DNA from: Felis catus
Taxonomy: Eukaryota
Assembly (NCBI RefSeq): GCF_018350175.1
Contig: NC_058382.1
Location: forward strand, 60,698,001-60,762,000
Length of the DNA: 64,000 nt
Reading direction: 5' to 3'
This document shows positions 13,581 to 23,405 of this stretch, piece after piece. Numbering within the stretch: the stretch's first letter is position 1; every line of letters begins with the position of its first letter. The position numbers and the translations under genes are program-made. The notes beneath the pieces were generated by a model, which worked only from the letters and a program-made list of their open reading frames with translations, did not search any database and was not told where the DNA came from.

Positions 13581-15619
13581 GGTGAGGTGTTGCTTTAGAC
13601 GCTGTTTCAACCATGAACAGAAATCAGTGAGCGGGGCGGGGGTGGAAACGCCCTCACAGAGGCAGGACTGGACCCTGGGCTCAGCTGACAGTCACAGGCC
13701 CTGCTGATTCCAGCGGATGACAGATCAAGACTCCTCCTCAGGGGCCACTGGGGACCCCCCGCCTGGCCCTCCCCTGCCCTGCCCCTCTGTACCCCCCCCC
13801 CCCCGCCCCGCAGCAGCTCTGCTCTCTCCCAAGCTGGGGGAGGGACCGGCCAGCTGACACCCCCCAGATGCTGCCGGGACACAGCTGCACGGGGAGCCGT
13901 CTGAGGACCGTGCCCCTCACCCAGCCACAGCCCCCCCCCCCCCCCGCCGCCGTCCGCGAGGCCCCTGTCCCGCCTGCGGAGCCGGCTGGCTCTAGGGCCA
14001 TCTCAGCCGCCGCTCCGCTGGCAGAGGAAACCACAGGAGGCGGCTGAGGCGGCCTGGTCCCTCTTTAGCCTGAGCCCGAGGAAGGAGCAGCGGCCTGGCT
14101 ATATATACTCGGGAGAAAAACAGTGTGCAGGTCGAGCCTGGTAAACAGCTAGCCCGTTAGACGGAACCTAAAAATACTCCCTATAATTATGTTATTAAAA
14201 CACACCAGAAAAATCGACCCACCCCACTCAGCAGAGTCCCCGCGAGACGGCTGCACGGAGGCAGGAGGCCACGCACGTCGGCCTGAGGCCGGCCTGGCGT
14301 CACCCAGGGGCCGGGCCGGGCTGGGCTGGCCCGGGCGCTGCCCCACGGCGCAGGGCGGCTGGCCTCGGCCTCATCTGCCGGGGGACGAACAGAAACCCCT
14401 GGGTCCCCATCCCCTCCTCCGTCCTCACACCTGAGGACAGCACCGATGTGGTCCCGGAGACCTGGGAGCAGCCCGGACTCCCAGAGCAGGGGCCACAGTA
14501 ACTGAGGGACTCCCTGACGGGGAAGGACGGAAGGGGAGACTGAGTCACAGTGCTGCGCGGCCCCCGCGGCGGATCTGCTCGTGCTCGGACGAGAGCAGAC
14601 AGCACACTGCCTGGTGGCTTCCCAGGCTCAGAGGCCAAGGGCACTTTACCTCATCTGACCGAAATTTCACCGTTTCAGGGAAAGCATTCATCTATTACTT
14701 GTGTAATGAAAACGAAGCAGGAAATCAAAACGGGGAGGCTCCACTCAACCGTGCACTCCGCAGTTTCCACCCCCACCTCCTACCAGCCGCCATCAAGGGA
14801 TTAGAGCCTAGAAAAGACGCCCCCCCGCCCCCCGCACCCCCGTCCTCTAGGCCGCGGCTCAGCTCCTTCCAGACAGGGGCCCCCTCCCCAGCCTGGCCGC
14901 CCACTTCTCTCCCCAGCAGGCGCTCAGCCCCCCAGCCCAGCCTTGGCTCTGTGCCGCGTTGCTGGGGGGTGCGTCTTACAGGCGTTATTTGGGGGTTCCA
15001 TTGCACTGCGTTTCCCCCCCACCTGTGATCGGCCCGGCACCACAGGAACAAAGCCAGCAAAGGCACTTACGGACCAGAGTGCCAGGCGCTGGGGGGGCCC
15101 CAGGTGACCTTCACAGCCAAGGAAAGCAAGCCTGGTCAGAAAGGGAGAAGAACGAAACCCCTCCCACACACACACACACACACCCACCACTGGCCCCAAA
15201 ACAGAACTTAGGCTCCTGCCCAGAGCTCTGTCCCACGAGAGCTGGATGAGGGAAAGTTTGAATGAATTTGGGAAAGACTCCGGAATCTGCGCGGGTGGGC
15301 GTCGTGCGCGGTGGCCGGGGGCCAGGCTGCAGACACCCTCCGTCCCTCAGCCCGCCCAGGACACCACACCGCCCCCTCCCCGGACACCGCCTGTGGCTGG
15401 CCGGCAGCCTGGAGCGCACGGGACCCTAGTGGCGGTGGCCCCTCCCACCCAGCTCCCCGGACACCCGACCTGGCCGCTGACCGCCAGCACTCAGCCTGCG
15501 AGCCGCACATCTGGAAAAGCGCTCTGGGGCTCCCGGCCCACCAGGACCGTGTGGGAGGCCTGCCCCGCCCCTGCTCCTAGACACCACCGAGATCAGAGAC
15601 CTGGGTGCCGCCTTTCAAC

Positions 15620-15695
15620 TTTTATTAGCCGGTTTACAGGCGAGGAAACTGAGGCCCAGGGAGTGGTGAGGGCCTGGCAAGTTCAGAGCAGGACA
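15620..15695 (-). mobile_element. MIR core fragment
   Basis: tttacaggcgaggaaactgaggcccaggga. Confidence 0.7.
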
Positions 15696-16211
15696 TACCC
15701 CCACCCCCACCCCCGCCCCCGCCCCCCCCCCACCCCAGCGAAGTCAGCCAGGCCTCCCCTCCCGGTCCCAGAGACTTTCCGTCCTGGTTCCCCTGCAGGC
15801 AGGTAACACCAGGCCAGGACAGAAGAAGCTTCATCCTACCTGCGTGACCTCAGGTGAGTAAATCAGGCTCCCCAACCCTGAGGTTCCTCATCCGGAAACC
15901 ACCCAAAACTCAGAGAAGTGCAAAGGTGAGGGTAGGGACAGAGCTCAGGGGAGAGAAGCTGGTCCCGCCCCGCCCCACCTCTCCCGGAGGCTCCAGCCAC
16001 GCGGCTGCTCCCCTCCAGGGGCAGGAGGCAGGCATTCTGCGTGGGTCCGCACAGCGGGCGTGTGCGGCCCTACCAGCTGCTCCCGTAGTGCTCGAGCCCC
16101 TCGCCACGCGGAGGCACGAAAGTGCCCTGGGCACCAGAAAGAAAAAGGTCTCCGTTATGGAAGAACCCTACGTAAGTAACGCCCACGCACCTCTAAAACA
16201 GGTAGCAAAGA

Positions 16212-16434
16212 GGGGCGCCTGGGTGGCTCAGCCGGTTAAGCGGCCGACTCCAGCTCAGGCCATGATCTCATGGTCCATGGGTTCAGGCCCCGCGTCGGAC
16301 TCTGTGCTGACAGCCTGGAGCCTGGAGCCCGCTGTGCATTCTGTGTCTCCCTCTCTCTGTGACCCTCCCCCATTCATGCTCTGCCTCTGTCTCAAAAATA
16401 AATAAACATTAAAAACATTTAAAAAATAAATAAA
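16212..16434 (+). mobile_element. SINEC_Fc with 18-bp TSD
   Basis: TSD taaaacagg(t/c)agcaaaga at 16194-16211 and 16435-16452. Confidence 0.95.
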
Positions 16435-18160
16435 TAAAACAGGCAGCAAAGAAAAACGCCGCGTTCTGCTGACTGCTAAGTCAGAGGAGACTCCTGAGGC
16501 CCAGAGTGGTCAAGGGTGGCTTCCTGTACGAGGAAGCTCACGCCGCGCCCCGAAGATGGCGGCGGCAGCAGGGGTGTCTCCGGCCCTCTGGTGGGCTGGC
16601 CCTGTGTCAGCACCGCACCACGGAGGGCAGTCCCCCGCAGCTGCGCTCGGAGCCCCCGGGGCCCATCAGGGCAGAGTCCCCAAGGCCCACTCTTCCTCCC
16701 CTCCATCTTCCGAGCCCCAGAAGCAAATTTAGTGCTGGGTCAGAAGAGCAGACACCGCCCAGGAAGCAGCCCTGGGGCCGGGATCTGAGACCGGGGACTC
16801 CTCCCACCCCCAGCGCACACACTTCCTCTGCAGGACCCTTCCTGGCCGGCGGGGGGCTCTCCGCATCCCGCCTCCAGCGGGACGAGCGCAGGTGACCCCT
16901 GGTCAGCTCCCCCAACACGTGTGCGCACACACACCCGGGGTCCTGTCACCCAGCCTCCTCCATCCTGCTGACTCACTCAGTCTTCCCAGGGCCACCCCAG
17001 CTCCGCGGCCACCCGGCTCTGGGTGCTTCCCTCCCTAGCGGGACCCTCAGGGAGCACGGGCCTGGGAGCGGGACGGCCCCAGGCTCCACATTGGTTCTGG
17101 GCACAATGACTCACTGCGAATCCACCCCTGTCCCTGCCTGCCTGGTCACGAGAGTGTCGGGACAGCGACGGTGAGAAGAAGGAAGTGTCCCCATTCTGAA
17201 CAGCAATGCTTCTCAGGGACCGGGTGGCGCAGGTGACGCCGGGTGCAGGGGGAGGCCGACAGGCAAGGCCAGGCTGCCGCGCCACGTGGGTTTCCCGTAC
17301 TTGGTGAAGAGTTACCATGGTGTAGCCACCTTCCCTGCAGACGGCCAAGTGTGTTTCTGGCTGCCCCGGTAGGACCGGGCCAGGAGGCGTGGCCTATCCT
17401 ACAGGAATCACAAAATGCCCGTACATCTCTCTAGAAGCTTCCAGCTCTGGGACCTACCCCCCACCCCCCAGGGCTTCAGGGCCAGCAGAGGAGCTGAGAG
17501 CCGGGGAGCGTCTGCCATGGTGCAGGGGCAGAGTCAGGCTGTCCAGGGAGTGGCGTGGGGTAACGGAGGGGCACCCCAGCACGGCCCGAGCCCTCACCGT
17601 GGTCGTTGCCCAAGCCGGCACGGGGCACACGTGACCAACATCCAAACGCCTCACCCGGCATCCGCACACACACACTTCCAGAACACCGCGGAACCAACCA
17701 TTTCCAGCCAAAGCCTGGCAGAGGACGAGGAGGCACACAGAAGAGCAGCAGAGCCAATGGCAGCCGGTCTTGCCATCAGAGGGACAGCAGGAGGGTCCCC
17801 GGGGAGCTGCCCACGCCCAGGACAGGAGACCAGCCTCCAGAGTCTCAGGTATCATCCGCAGGGCTCTCAGTCGGTTCCACAACACCCTCCCCCAGAGCTC
17901 AAGAAAAAATACTGAGGCCCAAGCCCTACACCCAGGCACAGAATTGGCGTGGGGCACGGCTTGGGCGTCAGGGGTTTTTTTCTTAAATAGACTTTATTTG
18001 AAACTGAGAAAAGGGCACCGTGAATTCACCATCAGTAGTTGACAAGCTCCCCAGGTGACTCCAGTACGGCCCAGGTGGGAACCCTGAGCCACAGCCAGCA
18101 TCCATCACCCACACCGGGAACAGCCAGGAGCCAGGCAACCCAGGAGCCCTGACTAACTAT

Positions 18161-18308
18161 CAGGCCGGCAGGCTCTGGCCCGTGGGCCGAAATCGGGCTC
18201 CCAGGAATGGTTTTTACAGGTTTCAATGGGTGGAAAAAATATCAGAAGAGTTCATGATGTGAAAATATTTACTCTGTGGCCCATTCCCGGACCAGTCTGC
18301 CATCGTGC
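18161..18308 (+). mobile_element. MER58B-like hAT MITE, internally deleted
   Basis: ggcccgtgggccgaaatc, gaatggtttttaca and aaaatatttactctgtggccc match MER58B segments as recalled. Confidence 0.6.
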
Positions 18309-19659
18309 ACCAGAACGCTCGCCAGCTGGGGGGAGGTGTGTCCTTCCGGAAGGGGCCCCACCTCCACAGTGCCCCCCCCCCCCCAGGCCTAACGGGTTCC
18401 CTTCCCAGCTGGCAAGGCCAGACGGAGGACGACACAGGTGCGCTGCAGGGCGATCAGAGATAAACCCGTCCTCGGAGAAGCTTACCTGTCCCCCCACCAC
18501 CACCCCTCACCCCTTCTAGCTAGGTCTGGTCTGTTTGTTTGTGCGTCTGGCTTTCCAGAGGCAAGAGGAGGGAAGCCAGCCAGTATGGTGTATAGGCCAG
18601 GTGACCCTGAACTCTCCCCTGAGCAGACCCCGAGCTGCCCTGTCCACACAGGGCTGACTCAAGCTCTCCTCTCCGACCTCAATGGTTCCCATTGATTCCT
18701 GTCCTCAAAATTCCCCCGTTTCACGGTCTCCCTCTGCGACAAATCAAAACACGGTCTGTTTGGGAGCCCGAGTGCAGTGCAGGCGGCTGGGCTCTAGTTC
18801 CCGCACATTCCCGGCCCCGGGGGATCCGCGCCCCTACCTAGAACAAAAGTTGGCAGGGGCCTACCTGGAGCGATTTAAGAGGCCCTGGAAGGACTTTCAG
18901 AATCAAAACACCCCACCCACCACGGTCGGACAGATTTCTACCCAACAGACAGACTTTCACAATGCACATCATTCCATGTTTCCGAGAACGAATTTAATCA
19001 GACTGCTTTCCAGCTCACCCCCGTGAAGATGGCCTCATGTGGAGGGGCCTCGGGCCAGTGAAGGGTGGAATGAGTTCCCGGGCACTCTGCCCCGGGCACA
19101 GAGAAGGCAGGGGGGGCCTTAGGGGCACCAAGAACCCAGTGACCTTTCCGGAAGGGACACGGACGCCAGGGTGGGGGACCCTCAGCTCTAATACTAAGGC
19201 CGGAGCCTTCTGGGGGGGTGTTCCCCCTCCGGCCCTAGACAGACCCTGGAGAGTAAGCCAGGGCGCGGGGAAGGGCAGGGAGAAACTTACAACTATCGTT
19301 CCCAAAGCAGAGGCCTGCCCCAGGCCGCGGGGGTGGGGCCGGGAAGGGGAAAGGGAGCCGATCTGAGCGATGGGAACCGTCGGGAGGTTAGCTGGGCTCC
19401 GGGAGGCTCCAGATTAAACAGCTCCAGGCAGGAAGCCCGCCTTCTCCCAGATTGGTCAGGAAGTCGTGATGCAAGTTTGCGCGTTTTTTGGTTTTTTTTT
19501 TTTTTTTTTGGTTTTTTTTAACGCGAAACAGGGAAAGAGATCGGTGCCCCCTCCTCAGCGCCGCGGCCCTCCCTCGTGAGCACGCCCTCGCCCCGGTGCC
19601 CGGAACTTCCCCACGTCGCGGCGGTGGCACCAGCCGCCCCCCGCGCGCTCGCCGGCCGG

Positions 19660-19810
19660 CTCCCCCGGGCGCCACCTCCGCCCCCACCCGCCGACCCCGG
19701 GCGCCCGGTGCCACCTCCCCCCCACACCCCTACCCCGACCCCCCGGTGCCACCTCCCCTCCACTCCCCCACCCCCGGCTCCCGGGTGCCACCACCCCCCC
19801 CACCCCCCAC
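19660..19810. repeat. Imperfect 38-39 bp C-rich minisatellite, 4 units
   Basis: Core gg(c/t)GCCACC(t/a)cc recurs at 19671, 19710, 19748 and 19787. Confidence 0.75.
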
Positions 19811-19975
19811 CCCGCCGCCGCCCTCCCTCCCCGGCGCTCTCATGCGTCTGGAATGCGGGCGCCGCGGGCCGCGCGTCGCGGGGAATCTCCTCGCTGGGCG
19901 TCCGCGCCGGGAAGGGGGAGCGGGCCCGCGGCGCCCTCGTCCGGCCCGGAGCCCCCGCGCCCCGCGCGCACTCAC

Positions 19976-20039
19976 CGGCCAGGAGCGCGAAGGGCAGCAG
20001 CAGCCAGTAGAGGACCGGGCCGAGCACGTGCCGCCCCAT
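19976..20039 (-). CDS. PIEZO1: PIEZO1 exon 1 coding part (mechanosensitive cation channel); remainder of gene lies left of the window
   Basis: MGRHVLGPVLYWLLLPFALLA matches the mammalian PIEZO1 N-terminus (human MEPHVLGAVLYWLLLPCALLAA). The 64-nt phase-1 exon ends at G|GTGAGT, lies in a CpG island, and fits synteny with CDT1-APRT-GALNS. Confidence 0.95.
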
Positions 20040-22534
20040 GCCCGGGGGGCCCGCGGGGCCGGCCGGGGGTGGTCGCTCCGCCGCCGCGGCGCTAGGGGGA
20101 CATGGCGCGCAGGGCGGGGAGGCGCACGTGCCGCGCGCCGCGGCCAGGACCCCCGGGGGGCGACCCGAGCGCCGCCTCCTCCGCCTCCTCCGCGTCCTCG
20201 GCCCGCGGCCCGCGGCGCCCGCTCCGGTGCCAGCCCTGCCCCGCGGAGGAGCGCAGCGCGCGACTCTCGGCGGCGGCGGGCGGAGGCCAAGCAGGGCCGG
20301 ACGGCGGCTTGGCGGCGCGCTCCCTCCCCGCCCCGGGCCTTTATAAGCTCGGCCCCCGCCCGCCGCCCGCCCTCCGCGGCGTGCCCGCCCCCGCGCTTCC
20401 CCGACGGCCCGCGCGCCGCGCCAGCCCTGCGGCCCGGACGCCCCCGTGGGCAGGCGCCCCGGGAAGAGCCCGCGCCCCGAGAGCCGCGGCGTCGCCTCTC
20501 GGGGCGGGGGGGGGGGGGGGCGCGCGGGGGAAAGGGCCCCCCAGCGCGCGGCTCCCCGGGCGGCGCCCCACGCGCCACCGGGCCCCGCGTGGCCGGAGCG
20601 ACTTTCGCTTTGCTCCCGGGGACGGGAGCGCGCAGCGCCCCCTGGGGACCGCGGGGTGGCTCGGGGCCGCCACCGGGTCGCTGTGCTAAGGCGCGGGGAC
20701 GGCCGCCTGGTCCCGCGGTCCCCGCGGGTGGAGAAGCCGGGGTCTGAGTCCGGGGCGTGCGGGGCACGTCGGCCAGGCCACCTCAGTTTGGCCTTTGCCG
20801 CCGCTGAGGTGAGTTCGGAAAGGAGAGCGGAGAAGGGCCCACGTGAGTGTGGCTGGACCCGGGTCCTGAGTCCCTTACTGGGCGGAGGGAGCGGGACAGC
20901 CTGCAGCCAGCACTGGCCCGCTCCGACTCCGCCAAAGCCGGGGAGCCCGACTTTGGGAAGGCCGCTGTTTATCGCTGCCTGGTTTTGTCCCCCGCCTCGC
21001 TTCTGCCCGCTTGTTCCTGCCCCAATTCCTGCTGGCCTCGCGTCTGACCCTGGCCTTTTTCTAGAACCCTGTGACATTTGGAGCCCGGGGGTTCCTCCCC
21101 AAGGCCAGAGCCCCAAGGAGGCTGGGGAGGTATGGGGTATAGGGCCCAGCTCTTTGGGAGTCCCAGGCCCCGCCTGCAGATGCTGGCTAGTCCCAGCCTC
21201 TAGTGGAGACAGCTGGAGCCACCTTCAAGGGCGGCCAGAATCTGGCCACCTCGGCTCACCCCATGATGGGGGGTGTGGCCAAGGTCTCTGAGCAGGCATC
21301 GAGATCAATAGAGATGACCAAAAGGCTAGCCCACACGGGCATCCTACACCGGGTCGTGGACGGGGGACGGGAGGGCAGGTGGACAGCAGCGAGAAATGGG
21401 CAGAATCAAAGGGCGGGTGACGCCTTCCCTCGCCCTTTCCTCAGCCTGGCCAGCGCTTGGGGAGATCACGGGGGCAGATGGGGGCAGATGGGGGCGGGGC
21501 TCCACGCTGAGGACACTGATGTCCTCCATCAGTGGCAGGGATGGTCTCCACGGCCACGGCCACAGCCCCAACCTCCGAGCTCCCCCCACCTTCTCGGGGA
21601 GGATTCCTGCCCCAGTGTGCCACCTTCTAGTGAAGTGTCCACGTGTCAGGAAGTAGCAGCACAGAGGGCAGGCGCCCCGGCCTCGTGTGAGTCCTTCCGC
21701 AAGAGCAGGGTGTGAGGTGGGGTGAGGAGAACACCGAGGATGGGGGGGGGGGTCCCAGAGCGAGCAGGGCCACAGCCCCCGCACAGCTTCGGGGACTTGG
21801 CTCCCAGCGCTGACCCTCCCCGCTGGCTCCCGAAACAGGAGCGCCGAGGAGAAGGGGAAGCCTCAGAACTGGCGGGACAGGTGTGCCCCGCATGGAACAG
21901 AATGCCTGCGCGCCAGACTGGCGGGTTGCAAAAGACTGGACCCAACCTAACTATCCGCCCTCGGGAGACGCTCCGCTCCGTAGGTTACAGCGTATCCTGC
22001 AGGAGAGTAGCCCCTCTGCCTCCGCAGGCCCGTCTCTCAGATACAATGTGACAGCCAAGGAAGGCGGCGGTGGGGAGCCCAGGCTACACTGTATCCCTGG
22101 AGAGCACGCAAGGCGCGAGGAGGAGCCAGGCCCAGAGACTCACCGAGACAGAGATGCAGAGACACACAGAGAGAGCATGGGGCGAGGCCACGCCATCAGG
22201 GCGGGAAGGAAACAGAATGGCCACTGAAATACTCTTGCGGGCCGTTTAGACTTCTTGCTGTATACATACAGTATCACATTTCACAAAAGAAATTTAAATT
22301 GAACACAGCGGGCACAGATTCTCAGAAAAAGAGCTTCCCGCCCGCCTGCTTGCCGGCAGGGGAGCGTCTCGGGAACACGCGTCCCCATCCTTTGCCGCTG
22401 AGGACACGTGGGTGTGGGTGGGAGGGCCATTTGCCACCGAACAAGCCGGGCCTTGATTCCAGCTTTCTCATTCCAAGTCCAAAGCCATTTTGGTCCTGCC
22501 ACCCCACAGCTCAGAGCCCTGCTACCCTCACTGT

Positions 22535-22718
22535 TGAGACCGTGCACGAGTGGGAGAGAGGGGCAGAGAGAGAGAGAGAGAAAGAGGGAGAGAATCCCAA
22601 GCAGTCTCCATGATCAGTGCAGAGCCCCCTACAGGGCTCAGTCACCCGGCCCTGGGATCATGACCTGAGCAGAAATCAAGAGTTAGACGCTCAACCCACT
22701 GAACCACCCAGGCGCCTC
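22535..22718 (-). mobile_element. Older SINEC
   Basis: GA-rich body, gaaatcaagagttagacgctcaacc, ccacccaggcgcctc. Confidence 0.88.
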
Positions 22719-22734
22719 TGAAGATTTCATCTCA

Positions 22735-23405
22735 AGAGGAAACAACCCCAGTGTCCCTTGATAGATGAATGGATAAACACAGGCGGCCCGCCCGCACACC
22801 GGACGCCTTCCAGCCGCGAGGAGGAACGAAGCCCCGCGCGCGGCCGTGCGGACGCACCATGCACACGGCGTGCCCAGGACGCAAGTCAGACACGGGCGAT
22901 GTACTGCGCGATCCCACTTGCGTAAAACACCCAGAGGAGGCCAGTTCGTAGGCACAGAAACTAGACGAGAGGTTCCCGGGGGCCGAGGGAGGGAGGGAGC
23001 GGGCAGTGGGTATTTAACGGGGACAGAGTTTCCGTCTGGGAAGATGGGAAAGTTCAGGAAACAGTTGTGGCGATTGCACAACACCGTGAATGTACTCGCT
23101 GCCCCCGATCCGTCCACTTAAAAGGGCTGCAGTGAGGGGCGCCTGGATGGCTTGGTCGGTTGGGCGTCCGACTTCGGCTCAGGTCATGATCTCACGGTCC
23201 GTGAGTTCGAGCCCCGCGTCGGGCTCTGTGCTGACAGGTCAGAGCCTGGAGCCTGTTTCTCCTGTGTCTCCCTCTCTCTCTGCCCCTTCCCTGCTCATGC
23301 TCTGTCTCTCTCTGTCTCAAAAATAAATAAACGTTTAAAAAAAAAAAAAGGGCTGCAGTGAGGAGTCTCGTCTCACGGGTGTTGACCACCATCAACAACC
23401 AAAGA
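22735..23405 (+). mobile_element. Ancient L1M (L1MB-like) 3' end, strongly GC-shifted
   Basis: ggaaacaacccca, gatgaatggataaac, ggacagagtttccgtctgggaagatg, ttgcacaacaccgtgaatgtact and cacttaaaa are collinear with the L1MB 3' consensus as recalled. Confidence 0.8.
23136..23345 (+). mobile_element. SINEC_Fc with perfect 16-bp TSD, inserted in an L1 3' end
   Basis: TSD aaaagggctgcagtga at 23120-23135 and 23346-23361. Confidence 0.96.

Larger units (their letters stand above)
1..19975 (-). other. PIEZO1: PIEZO1 intron 1 (partial, >19.9 kb)
   Basis: Follows the exon 1 donor. No segment encoding exon 2 (xLLRFxxLSLVYLLFLLLLPW) was found by eye. Confidence 0.8.
19540..20800. promoter_or_regulatory. 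PIEZO1: PIEZO1 promoter CpG island with TATA box (TATAAA on minus, 20340-20345) and GC boxes
   Basis: Very high GC and CpG density. TATAAAG sits about 300 nt upstream of the ATG, so the TSS is predicted near 20310-20315. Confidence 0.8.

Noticed and set aside
15851-16176. Plus-strand donor-like sites (CAG|GTGAGT 15854, TAC|GTAAGT 16171) as antisense lncRNA exons
   Set aside because: Such motifs are expected by chance at this scale, and there is no adjacent promoter signature.
19488-21116. Long overlapping ORFs (419, 532, 345 and 281 aa) across the PIEZO1 promoter
   Set aside because: They are Pro/Gly/Arg/Ala-rich and open on both strands, as expected when extreme GC content suppresses stops. 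Only the 21-codon PIEZO1 exon 1 is recognisable.
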